DNA of 7,517 bases, from positions 1 through 7,517 of the IMG/VR virus record IMGVR_UViG_3300029816_000066; one strand, written 5' to 3'. The notes beneath the pieces are model-generated. The model saw only the letters and a list, made by a program, of their open reading frames with translations. It did not search any database and was not told where the DNA came from. How positions within the stretch are numbered: the stretch's first letter is position 1; each line of letters starts with the position of its first letter. Source of the stretch: a virus (Duplodnaviria > Heunggongvirae > Uroviricota > Caudoviricetes). Of this stretch, positions 1 to 7,334 are shown in pieces. Both the position numbers and the translations under genes were made by a program.

Positions 1-135
1 ATCAGCATTCAGAATCAAGGGAGCAATGGCGAGATAGATGCGCGCTCAGCCAGGGGACTGGTGGATCTGATCGACAGCAGGGTTGTGTCAATTATGCAGT
101 CATCGCGTCGGGATGGAGGATTGTACAGTGCCTGA
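1..135 (+). CDS. Tail tape measure protein (lambda gpH-like), C-terminal fragment; 5' end lies outside the window
   Basis: Frame 1 is open from base 1 to a TGA at 133-135. Position directly upstream of the M homologue matches lambda gene order (H-M-L-K-I-J). The fragment is too short for me to confirm identity by sequence recall. Confidence 0.5.
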   Translation: MSIQNQGSNGEIDARSARGLVDLIDSRVVSIMQSSRRDGGLYSA

Positions 136-469
136 GCCTGAAGTTTTTAACTGGATCCCCCGTGAGGGGATGGAGACGACACGAAAGCCATCAGTTATTA
201 CGGTAAAGTTTGGTGACGGATATGAACAGAGACGGGCTGGTGGTCTGAATGCGGATCTGAAAACGTTTAAACCGGTATTTCGTGTCACAGATGAATATTC
301 CCGTGCCGCGCTGGACAGTTTTTTATCCCGTCATGCCGGGATTCGTGCTTTTTTGTGGCGTCCGCCAAAACACAACAGGACTGTCCGGGTTGTCTGCAGG
401 GAGTGGAGCATTTCGGATAATGCCATGTATACCGATTTTAACTGTACCTTTGAAGAGGTCACTCACTGA
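128..469 (+). CDS. M: Minor tail protein M (lambda gpM-like), 113 aa
   Basis: Translation (…FNWIPREGMETTRKPSVITVKFGDGYEQRRAGGLNADLKTF…FLWRPP…) aligns with my recall of lambda gpM (FRWKVKPGMDVASVPSVRKVRFGDGYSQRAPAGLNANLKTY…FLWTPP). Start chosen as GTG 128 because GGAGG at 115-119 sits 8 nt upstream and the product length then matches gpM (109 aa). The ORF track's TTG start at 83 has no RBS; ATG 113 and ATG 170 remain alternatives. Stop TGA 467-469 overlaps the L start by 1 nt. Confidence 0.8.
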   Translation: MPEPEVFNWIPREGMETTRKPSVITVKFGDGYEQRRAGGLNADLKTFKPVFRVTDEYSRAALDSFLSRHAGIRAFLWRPPKHNRTVRVVCREWSISDNAMYTDFNCTFEEVTH

Positions 470-1167
470 TGCAGGATATACAGCAGGAAACACTCAATGA
501 GTGCACTAAAACGGAGCAATCCGCGCTGGTCGTGCTCTGGGAAATTGATCTGACAGAGGTCGGCGGAGATCGTTATTTCTTCTGTAATGAGCAGAACGAA
601 AAAGGTGAACCAGTCACCTGGCAGGGGCGGCAGTATCAGGCTTATCCCATTCAGGGAAGCGGATTTGAGATGAACGGCAAAGGAGCCAGTGCTAGGCCAA
701 CGCTTAAAGTCTCTAATCTGTACGGCATGGTCACCGGGATGGCGGAAGATCTGCAGAGTCTGGTCGGCGGAACGGTGGTCCGGCGTAAGGTTTACGCCCG
801 TTTTCTGGATGCGGTGAACTTCGTCAACGGAAACAGTGACGCCGATCCGGAGCAGGAGGTGATCAGCCGCTGGCGCATCGAGCAGTGCAGCGAACTGAGC
901 GCGGTCAGTGCCTCCTTTGTACTGTCCACGCCGACGGAAACGGACGGCGCTGTTTTTCCGGGACGTATCATGCTGGCCAACACCTGCACCTGGACCTATC
1001 GCGGCGATGAGTGCGGTTATAGCGGTCCGGCGGTCGCGGATGAATATGATCAGCCGACGTCCGATATCACGAAGGATAAATGCAGCAAATGCCTGAGTGG
1101 CTGTAAGTTCCGCAATAACGTCGGCAACTTTGGCGGCTTCCTTTCCATTAACAAACTTTCGCAGTAA
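469..1167 (+). CDS. L: Minor tail protein L (lambda gpL-like), 232 aa, with C-terminal cysteine cluster
   Basis: 232 aa, the same length as lambda gpL. ATG overlaps the M stop (TGATG), as in lambda. C-terminal Cys cluster (CTWTYRGDECGY…KCSKCLSGC) is consistent with the Fe-S cluster-binding region described for gpL. Confidence 0.92.
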   Translation: MQDIQQETLNECTKTEQSALVVLWEIDLTEVGGDRYFFCNEQNEKGEPVTWQGRQYQAYPIQGSGFEMNGKGASARPTLKVSNLYGMVTGMAEDLQSLVGGTVVRRKVYARFLDAVNFVNGNSDADPEQEVISRWRIEQCSELSAVSASFVLSTPTETDGAVFPGRIMLANTCTWTYRGDECGYSGPAVADEYDQPTSDITKDKCSKCLSGCKFRNNVGNFGGFLSINKLSQ

Positions 1168-1172
1168 ATCCC

Positions 1173-1916
1173 ATGACAGAGACAGAATCAGCGATTCTGG
1201 CGCATGCCCGGCGATGTGCGCCAGCGGAGTCGTGCGGCTTCGTGGTGAGAGCGCCGGAGGGGGAAAGATATTTTCCCTGCGTGAATATCTCCGGTGAGCC
1301 GGAGGCGTATTTCCGGATGGCTCCGGAGGACTGGCTGCAGGCAGAGATGCAGGGTGAGATTGTGGCGCTGGTCCACAGTCATCCCGGTGGTCTGCCCTGG
1401 CTGAGTGAGGCCGACCGGCGGCTGCAGGTGCAGAGTGATTTGCCGTGGTGGCTGGTCTGCCGGGGGGCGATTCATAAGTTCCGCTGTGTGCCGCATCTCA
1501 CCGGGCGGCGCTTTGAGCACGGGGTGACGGACTGTTACACGCTGTTCCGGGACGCTTACCATCTGGCGGGGACTGAGATGCCGGACTTTCATCGTGAGGA
1601 TGACTGGTGGCGTAACGGCCAGAATCTCTATCTTGATAATCTGGAGGCCACAGGGCTGTATCAGGTGCCGTTGTCAGCGGCGCAGCCGGGCGATGTGCTG
1701 CTGTGCTGTTTTGGTTCATCGGTGCCGAATCATGCCGCCATTTACTGTGGTGACGGCGAGCTGCTGCACCATATTCCTGAACAACTGAGTAAACGGGAGA
1801 GGTATTCCGAAAAATGGCAACGACGAACGCATTCTGTCTGGCGTCACCGCCACTGGCACGCATCTGCCTTCACGGGGATTTGCAACGATTTGGCCGCCGC
1901 CTCAGCCTGTATGTGA
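1173..1916 (+). CDS. K: Tail assembly protein K (lambda gpK-like), 247 aa; MPN/JAMM domain plus NlpC/P60 (C40 peptidase) domain
   Basis: JAMM motif H-S-H-x7-S-x2-D is present (HSHPGGLPWLSEAD) with upstream Glu candidates at aa 19 and 29. C-terminal NlpC/P60-like Cys/His residues (VTDCYTLF, VPNHAAIY, LLHH). 3' end overlaps the I gene by 103 nt in a different frame, as in lambda. Internal Met49 at nt 1317 would give 199 aa, the annotated lambda gpK length, but the long form keeps the complete domain. Confidence 0.88.
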   Translation: MTETESAILAHARRCAPAESCGFVVRAPEGERYFPCVNISGEPEAYFRMAPEDWLQAEMQGEIVALVHSHPGGLPWLSEADRRLQVQSDLPWWLVCRGAIHKFRCVPHLTGRRFEHGVTDCYTLFRDAYHLAGTEMPDFHREDDWWRNGQNLYLDNLEATGLYQVPLSAAQPGDVLLCCFGSSVPNHAAIYCGDGELLHHIPEQLSKRERYSEKWQRRTHSVWRHRHWHASAFTGICNDLAAASACM

Positions 1917-2494
1917 ACACGGCAGCGGAAGCCATCCGTGCCCTGTCGTTACAGGTGCCGGGCTTTCGCCGTCAGATGAACGAAGGCTGGTACCAGATAC
2001 GTATTGCCGGTGATGACACGGCACCGGAGGCGGTGTACGCCCGTCTTCACGAACAGCTGGGTGAGGGAACGGTCATCCACATTGTGCCGCGACTGGCCGG
2101 AGCCGGAAAGGGCGGACTGCAGATTGTGCCGGGGGCGGCAGCCATCGTGGGCTCTTTCTTCACGGCCGGTGCCTCGATGGTGTTATGGGGTACAGCCCTG
2201 AGTGCCGGCGGTTTTTCTGCCACCACGATGCTGTTTTCACTGGGGGCCAGCATGATACTGGGCGGTGTGGCCCAGATGCTGGCCCCGAAGGCAAAAACAC
2301 CGGATTACCGCGCAACGGATAACGGCAGACAGAACACGTACTTTTCCTCGCTGGATAACATGATTGCCCAGGGGAACCCGATGCCGGTGCCTTACGGGGA
2401 AATGCTGGTTGGCTCCCGCCGTATATCCCAGGACATCAGCACCCGTGATGAAGGCGGGGGCGGAAAGGTCGTGGTTATCGGGCGGCAGGGGTAA
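1814..2494 (+). CDS. I: Tail assembly protein I (lambda gpI-like), 226 aa
   Basis: Strong similarity to my recall of lambda gpI (ARICL(H/Y)GDLQRFGRR, AEAIRAL, IHIVPR, FSLGASM(I/V)LGGVAQMLAPKA, DNG(R/K)QNTYFSSLDNM(I/V)AQGN, YGEM, VVVIGR). Length 226 vs 223 aa. Start lies inside the 3' end of K, as in lambda. Confidence 0.92.
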   Translation: MATTNAFCLASPPLARICLHGDLQRFGRRLSLYVNTAAEAIRALSLQVPGFRRQMNEGWYQIRIAGDDTAPEAVYARLHEQLGEGTVIHIVPRLAGAGKGGLQIVPGAAAIVGSFFTAGASMVLWGTALSAGGFSATTMLFSLGASMILGGVAQMLAPKAKTPDYRATDNGRQNTYFSSLDNMIAQGNPMPVPYGEMLVGSRRISQDISTRDEGGGGKVVVIGRQG

Positions 2495-2540
2495 AAAGAA
2501 TAAAAAAATCCCGCAGTGATCGCGGACAGGAACTGCGGGA
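2495..2540 (-). terminator. Intrinsic terminator on the minus strand: 8-bp GC-rich stem followed by a U-tract, abutting the I stop codon
   Basis: On the minus strand, TCCCGCAG (2540-2533) pairs with CTGCGGGA (2516-2509), then TTTTTTTATTCTTTTT follows (2508-2493). The 16-nt loop is long and may form extra pairs. On the + strand the same hairpin is preceded by A-runs and has no T-tract, so it acts only leftwards. Confidence 0.6.
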
Positions 2541-2598
2541 GAGTTACGAAGATTAAGTGTAAGGAATTATTCTTATATCACGACAAAAAAATTAACGC
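2495..2598 (-). ncRNA. Candidate small non-coding RNA (~100 nt) encoded in an I-J intergenic insert, transcribed antisense to the tail operon
   Basis: Defined by the promoter at 2605-2632 and the terminator at 2495-2540, both on the minus strand. The predicted transcript (GCGUUAAUUUUUUUGUCGUGAUAUAAGAAUAAUUCCUUACACUUAAUCUUCGUAACUC-hairpin-UUUUUUU) contains no ATG; its GTG and TTG codons each hit a stop within 3 codons. AU-rich body plus 3' stem-loop and poly-U is a typical Hfq-type sRNA layout. TSS is inferred at about 2598, not measured. Confidence 0.45.
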
Positions 2599-2604
2599 AG
2601 AGAA

Positions 2605-2632
2605 ATTATACGCGCCACAGTCAGTTTGTGAA
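2605..2632 (-). promoter_or_regulatory. Sigma70-type promoter on the minus strand: -35 TTCACA, 16-nt spacer, -10 TATAAT
   Basis: Minus-strand TATAAT at 2610-2605 (6/6 to consensus) and TTCACA at 2632-2627 (5/6 to TTGACA), 16-nt spacer. An A/T-rich stretch lies directly upstream (minus-strand GCATAAAAATTCTGAATATC, 2660-2641), resembling an UP element. Confidence 0.6.
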
Positions 2633-2703
2633 AATGTGAAGATATTCAGAATTTTTATGCCATTACCGGTTTTAACCAACAGGATTATCGGTGGGCATGA
2701 AAG

Positions 2704-2740
2704 AAAACCCCGGTATCTGCTGATACCGGGGTTTCTCTTT
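2704..2740. terminator. Bidirectional intrinsic terminator-like hairpin: perfect 10-bp stem, 4-nt loop, A-run on one side and T-run on the other
   Basis: CCCCGGTATC (2708-2717), loop TGCT, GATACCGGGG (2722-2731), followed by TTTCTCTTT (2732-2740) and preceded by AAGAAAA (2701-2707). Confidence 0.7.
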
Positions 2741-2837
2741 AGCATGGCAGAAATGTGTTTCATGCTTTTCGGGCGAAGGATATCCGACTTCTGTACGGAA
2801 TGGCAAGTGGCGGTTAATTTATTCAGGGGAAGGCTGT

Positions 2838-5800
2838 ATGGGAAAAGGTGGCGGTAAGGCACACACGCCTCGTGAGGCGAAGGATAATCTCAAATCCACG
2901 CAGATGATGAGTGTGATTGATGCGATTGGTGAGGGACCGATAGAAGGTCCGGTGAAGGGACTGCAGAGTATTCTGGTGAACAAAACCCCGCTGACGGACA
3001 CGGACGGTAATCCCGTGATACACGGTGTGACTGCGGTCTGGCGTGCCGGGGAGCAGGAGCAGACACCACCGGAAGGCTTTGAGTCCTCCGGAGCTGAAAC
3101 CGGACTGGGCGTGGAAGTGACGAAGGCAAAACCGGTGACGCGCACCATTACGTCCGCGAACATTGACCGCCTGCGGGTTACCTTCGGGGTGCAGTCACTG
3201 GTGCAGACCACGTCAAAGGGCGACCGTAATCCTTCCTCTGTCCGGATTCTGATTCAGTTACAGCGTAATGGCCGCTGGGTGACGGAAAAGGATGTCACCA
3301 TTAACGGCAAGACCACCTCGCAGTTCCTGGCCTCGGTGATTCTGGATAATCTGCCTCCCCGGCCCTTTAACATCCGGATGGTCAGGGAGACGGCGGACAG
3401 CACCACGGACCAGCTGCAGAATAAGACGCTGTGGTCGTCATACACCGAAATCATCGATGTGAAACAGTGCTACCCGAACACGGCCATTGTGGGGCTGCAG
3501 GTGGATGCGGAGCAGTTCGGCGGCCAGCAGATGACGGTGAACTACCATATCCGCGGTCGCATCATCCAGGTGCCGTCAAACTATGACCCGGAAAAACGCA
3601 CGTACAGTGGTATCTGGGACGGCAGCCTGAAACCGGCATACAGCAACAACCCGGCCTGGTGTCTGTGGGACATGCTGACTCACCCGCGCTACGGCATGGG
3701 AAAACGTCTGGGGGCGGCGGATGTGGACAAGTGGGCGCTGTATGCCATCGGGCAGTACTGCGACCAGACGGTCCCGGATGGTTTCGGGGGGACCGAGCCG
3801 CGGATGACCTTTAATGCGTACCTGGCACAACAGCGTAAGGCGTGGGACGTTCTCAGTGATTTCTGCTCTGCGATGCGCTGTATGCCGGTATGGAACGGCC
3901 AGACGCTGACGTTCGTTCAGGACCGTCCGTCGGATGTGGTGTGGCCGTACACCAACAGCGATGTGGTGGTGGATGATAACGGCGTGGGTTTCCGCTACAG
4001 CTTCAGTGCCCTGAAGGACCGGCACACGGCAGTGGAGGTGAATTACACCGACCCGCAGAACGGCTGGCAGACCTCCACGGAACTGGTGGAAGACCCGGAA
4101 GCCATACTGCGCTACGGACGCAACCTGCTGAAGATGGACGCGTTCGGCTGTACCAGCCGCGGTCAGGCCCACCGTGCCGGGCTGTGGGTGATAAAGACCG
4201 AACTGCTGGAAACGCAGACGGTGGATTTCACGCTCGGGTCACAGGGGCTGCGTCACACACCCGGTGACATCATTGAAATCTGTGATAACGACTATGCCGG
4301 GACCATGACCGGCGGACGTGTCCTGTCCATCGATGCCGCCAGCCGTACCCTGACGCTGGACCGGGAGGTGACACTGCCGGAGACCGGCACGGCCACTGTT
4401 AATCTGATTAACGGCAGCGGTAAGCCGGCGAGCGTGGCCATCACCGCACACCCCGCGCCTGACCGGATACAGGTCAGCACCCTGCCGGATGGTGTGGAGA
4501 CATACGGTGTGTGGGGACTCTCCCTGCCGTCACTGCGTCGTCGCCTGTTCCGCTGTGTCTCCATTCGGGAAAACACGGACGGCACGTTCGCCATCACGGC
4601 GGTGCAGCACGTACCGGAAAAAGAAGCCATTGTGGATAACGGGGCCAGCTTTGAGCCGCAGTCAGGCAGCCTGAACAGCGTTATCCCACCGGCAGTGCAG
4701 CACCTGACGGTGGAGGTGAGTGCAGCTGACGGTCAGTATCTGGCACAGGCGAAATGGGACACGCCGCGGGTGGTGAAGGGTGTGCGCTTCAGTCTGCGTC
4801 TGACCAGCGGAAGCGGAGAAGACAGCCGTCTGGTGAGCACCGCCATCACCGCAGACACGGAGCACCGTTTCAGTGGTCTGCCGCTGGGGGAATACACCCT
4901 GACGGTGCGGGCCATTAACAGCTACGGCCAGCAGGGCGAACCTGCGACCACCACCTTCCGGATTAACGCGCCTGCAAAACCCGCCACCATTGAGCTGACG
5001 CCGGGGTATTTTCAGATAACGGCGGTCCCGCGTCTTGCGGTGTATGACCCGACGGTACAGTTTGAATTCTGGTTCTCAGAAAAACGCATCACGAACACAG
5101 CACAGGTGGAAAAATCTGCCCGTTATCTGGGGACCGGCAGTCAGTGGACTGTCCAGGGGAGCCGGATTAAGCCGGGGACGGATTTCTGGTTTTACGTGCG
5201 AAGCGTCAACCTGGTGGGAAAATCTGCTTTTGTGGAAGCCAGCGGGCAGCCCAGCAATGATGGTGAAGGGTATCTGGAAATTTTCCGGGGGCTGATAGAT
5301 GAGACGCTTCTGGGCCAGGCACTGAAAGAGCGCATTGATGCTTCAGCGCTGCGTACGGAGGTCACGCAACTGGAAGAAGACATCCGTCAGCGGATGGACA
5401 CGGATATCGCAGAAGTGACCCGGAAAATCGGGGAGGCAGAAAACAGCCTCACGCAGCTGGTTGCGAAAAAGAATGAGGACCAGACACTGGCCATCGCGCA
5501 GGTGAGCCAGAAAGTGGACCGGGTGAGCAGTGAAATCTCACAGACTGTCAGCCAGGGGCAGTCAGAAAATGCCCGACAGATAGCACAGGTCCGCCAGTAC
5601 GTGGATAAAAAAGGGAGTGAAATTACCTCGACCACGGATAAAAAACTGGGTGACCAGGCCGTGACCATACAGCAAATCCAGCGGGTTCAGTCAGACACGC
5701 GCAATGAGCTGAATGCCATGTATATGCTGAAGGTGCAGAAAACAAAAAACGGTATTCCCTATGTGGCCGGGATTGGTGCGGGGATTGAGGATGTTGATGG

Positions 5801-6530
5801 TCAGACGCTGAGCAGTATTCTGCTGCAGGCTGACCGTATCGCGATGATTACCCCGGAGAATGGCAACACCACGCCGCTGTTTGTGGCGCAGGGGAATCAG
5901 CTGTTCATGAACGACGTGTTCCTGAAGCGACTGTTTGCGGTGAGCATCACGTCATCCGGCAATCCTCCTACGTTTTCCCTGACGCCGGATGGCAGGCTGG
6001 CAGCCCGCAATGCGGATATCAGTGGAGCCATCACGGCGAATACCGGCACGCTCAATAATGTCACCATTAACGAGAACTGTGTCATCAGAGGGAAACTGTC
6101 TGCAAACCAGATTGAAGGCGATCTCGTTAAAACAGTGGGTAAGGCTTTCCCCCGTGGCTCCCGTGCACCGGAGAGGTGGCCATCAGGGACCATTACCGTC
6201 AGGGTTTATGACGATCAGCCGTTTGACCGGCAAATTGTTATTCCGGCGGTGGCATTCAGCGGTGCCAGACATGAGCGGGAGAATAACGATATTTATTCGT
6301 CATGCCGCCTGATAGTACGGAAAAACGGTGCTGAAATTTATAACCGTACCGCGCTGGATAATACGCTGGTTTACAGTGGTGTTATTGATATGCCTGCTGG
6401 TCGCGGCCACATGACGCTGGAGTTTTCTGTATCAGCATGGTGGGTAAATGGCTGGTATCCCACAGCAAGTATCAGCGATTTGCTGGTTGTTGTGATGAAG
6501 AAAGCCACTGCAGGCATCACGATTAGCTGA
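2838..6530 (+). CDS. J: Central tail fibre / host specificity protein J (lambda gpJ-like), 1230 aa
   Basis: N-terminus [22 protein letters not shown]…[15 protein letters not shown] and many later blocks ([93 protein letters not shown]…[40 protein letters not shown]) match my recall of lambda gpJ. A fibronectin-III-like segment lies at about aa 610-700. RBS GGGGAAGG sits 4 nt upstream of the ATG. Confidence 0.95.
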   Translation: MGKGGGKAHTPREAKDNLKSTQMMSVIDAIGEGPIEGPVKGLQSILVNKTPLTDTDGNPVIHGVTAVWRAGEQEQTPPEGFESSGAETGLGVEVTKAKPVTRTITSANIDRLRVTFGVQSLVQTTSKGDRNPSSVRILIQLQRNGRWVTEKDVTINGKTTSQFLASVILDNLPPRPFNIRMVRETADSTTDQLQNKTLWSSYTEIIDVKQCYPNTAIVGLQVDAEQFGGQQMTVNYHIRGRIIQVPSNYDPEKRTYSGIWDGSLKPAYSNNPAWCLWDMLTHPRYGMGKRLGAADVDKWALYAIGQYCDQTVPDGFGGTEPRMTFNAYLAQQRKAWDVLSDFCSAMRCMPVWNGQTLTFVQDRPSDVVWPYTNSDVVVDDNGVGFRYSFSALKDRHTAVEVNYTDPQNGWQTSTELVEDPEAILRYGRNLLKMDAFGCTSRGQAHRAGLWVIKTELLETQTVDFTLGSQGLRHTPGDIIEICDNDYAGTMTGGRVLSIDAASRTLTLDREVTLPETGTATVNLINGSGKPASVAITAHPAPDRIQVSTLPDGVETYGVWGLSLPSLRRRLFRCVSIRENTDGTFAITAVQHVPEKEAIVDNGASFEPQSGSLNSVIPPAVQHLTVEVSAADGQYLAQAKWDTPRVVKGVRFSLRLTSGSGEDSRLVSTAITADTEHRFSGLPLGEYTLTVRAINSYGQQGEPATTTFRINAPAKPATIELTPGYFQITAVPRLAVYDPTVQFEFWFSEKRITNTAQVEKSARYLGTGSQWTVQGSRIKPGTDFWFYVRSVNLVGKSAFVEASGQPSNDGEGYLEIFRGLIDETLLGQALKERIDASALRTEVTQLEEDIRQRMDTDIAEVTRKIGEAENSLTQLVAKKNEDQTLAIAQVSQKVDRVSSEISQTVSQGQSENARQIAQVRQYVDKKGSEITSTTDKKLGDQAVTIQQIQRVQSDTRNELNAMYMLKVQKTKNGIPYVAGIGAGIEDVDGQTLSSILLQADRIAMITPENGNTTPLFVAQGNQLFMNDVFLKRLFAVSITSSGNPPTFSLTPDGRLAARNADISGAITANTGTLNNVTINENCVIRGKLSANQIEGDLVKTVGKAFPRGSRAPERWPSGTITVRVYDDQPFDRQIVIPAVAFSGARHERENNDIYSSCRLIVRKNGAEIYNRTALDNTLVYSGVIDMPAGRGHMTLEFSVSAWWVNGWYPTASISDLLVVVMKKATAGITIS

Positions 6531-6548
6531 ATTTTATAACCCCAATAC

Positions 6549-6576
6549 GGGCGCCAGAAATGGCGCCTTTTTTATT
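6549..6576 (+). terminator. Intrinsic terminator immediately downstream of J
   Basis: GGCGCC (6550-6555), loop AGAAAT, GGCGCC (6562-6567), then TTTTTTATT (6568-6576). Confidence 0.65.
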
Positions 6577-6597
6577 GCAGAAAAGCGAGAGGTAATT

Positions 6598-7197
6598 ATG
6601 CGTAAATTATGTGCTGTTATTCTGTCCGCAGTAGTCTGGCTGGTTGCCGCTGGTACGCCAGCGAGCGCAGCAGAGCATCAGTCCACACTAAGCGCCGGGT
6701 ATCTTCAGACCCACACTGATATGCCAGGCAGCGATAATCTGAACGGGATTAACGTGAAATACCGTTATGAGTTTACGGACGCGCTGGGGCTGATTACGTC
6801 CTTCAGTTATGCCAATGCTGAGGATGAGCAAAAAACGCACTACAGCGATACCCGCTGGCATGAAGATTCCGTGCGTAACCGCTGGTTCAGCGTGATGGCG
6901 GGGCCATCTGTACGCGTGAATGAATGGTTCAGTGCTTATGCGATGGCAGGTGTGGCTTACAGCCGTGTGTCGACGTTCTCCGGGGATTATCTCCGCGTAA
7001 CTGACAACAAGGGGAAAACGCACGATGTGCTGACCGGAAGTGATGACGATCGCCACAGCAACACGTCTCTGGCGTGGGGAGCTGGCGTGCAGTTTAACCC
7101 GACCGAATCCGTGACCATTGATATTGCTTATGAAGGTTCCGGTAGTGGCGACTGGCGAACGGATGCATTTATTGTTGGTATCGGATACCGTTTCTGA
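6598..7197 (+). CDS. lom: Lom-like outer membrane protein (Ail/Lom/OmpX/PagC family 8-stranded beta-barrel), 199 aa, with signal peptide
   Basis: N-terminal signal peptide (MRKLCAVILSAVVWLVAAGTPASA then AEHQ). Conserved blocks relative to lambda Lom (GINVKYRYE, SVMAGP, SAYAMAGVA, DIAYEGSGSGDWRTD, FIVG(I/V)GY) and a C-terminal aromatic residue (…GYRF) typical of beta-barrel OMPs. RBS GAGAGG sits 5 nt upstream of the ATG. Same position as lambda lom, between J and stf. Confidence 0.9.
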   Translation: MRKLCAVILSAVVWLVAAGTPASAAEHQSTLSAGYLQTHTDMPGSDNLNGINVKYRYEFTDALGLITSFSYANAEDEQKTHYSDTRWHEDSVRNRWFSVMAGPSVRVNEWFSAYAMAGVAYSRVSTFSGDYLRVTDNKGKTHDVLTGSDDDRHSNTSLAWGAGVQFNPTESVTIDIAYEGSGSGDWRTDAFIVGIGYRF

Positions 7198-7302
7198 CAA
7201 CAGACGCCGATTTATCTTCTGTAAATATTGTTATGATACGCAGGTTCATCCGCCTTATGGGGTGAACTGCGTTTGAGGAAACGTAAAGTTACACTGTCCT
7301 GA

Positions 7303-7334
7303 AGCCCGTGGCGTCACTGCTGCGGGCTTTTTTT
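7303..7334 (+). terminator. Intrinsic terminator downstream of lom
   Basis: Imperfect ~11-bp stem with G-U wobbles (AGCCCGTGGCG / TGCTGCGGGCT) around loop TCAC, followed by a T7 tract (7328-7334). Confidence 0.55.

Noticed and set aside
83-469. TTG-initiated 128-aa version of M given in the ORF track
   Set aside because: No RBS precedes the TTG, and the extension would overlap the H 3' end by ~50 nt. GTG 128, with GGAGG 8 nt upstream, gives a product matching the known gpM length. ATG 113 remains a possible alternative.
1188-1863. Minus-strand ORFs of 134 and 121 aa inside K and the K/I overlap
   Set aside because: Antisense to well-supported K and I coding sequence, Arg/Pro-rich, with no start signals. 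Judged spurious.
2004-2253. Short alternative-frame and antisense ORFs inside I (2004-2201 +, 2047-2253 -)
   Set aside because: Embedded in the well-supported I reading frame, with no RBS or homology signal.
2620-2660. Possible + strand promoter in the I-J insert (TTGTGA at 2626-2631)
   Set aside because: No acceptable -10 hexamer at 16-18 nt spacing on the + strand, whereas the minus-strand reading of the same region gives a near-consensus promoter.
2516-2857. 113-aa + strand ORF filling the I-J intergenic insert
   Set aside because: Runs straight through the AT-rich promoter region and the 10-bp terminator hairpin and overlaps the J start. It has no convincing RBS or start context, and its low-complexity Lys/Ile/Phe-rich translation is what AT-rich non-coding DNA produces. 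The interval is better explained as a non-coding unit.
2578-2862. 94-aa minus-strand ORF spanning the J 5' end and the intergenic region
   Set aside because: It would start inside the J coding region, read antisense through the J RBS and the bidirectional terminator, and end inside the minus-strand promoter. That is not a plausible gene.
3576-4172. 198-aa minus-strand ORF (and other antisense ORFs at 2819-3211, 4292-4630, 5387-5668, 5897-6193) inside J
   Set aside because: All lie antisense or out of frame within a CDS that has strong homology support. Their Arg/His/Pro-rich translations are typical of spurious antisense ORFs in GC-rich coding DNA.
6512-6540. Possible lom promoter from TATAAC at 6535-6540
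   Set aside because: The corresponding -35 (AGGCAT) matches only 1 of 6, and the element lies directly upstream of a terminator hairpin, so the evidence is too weak to call.
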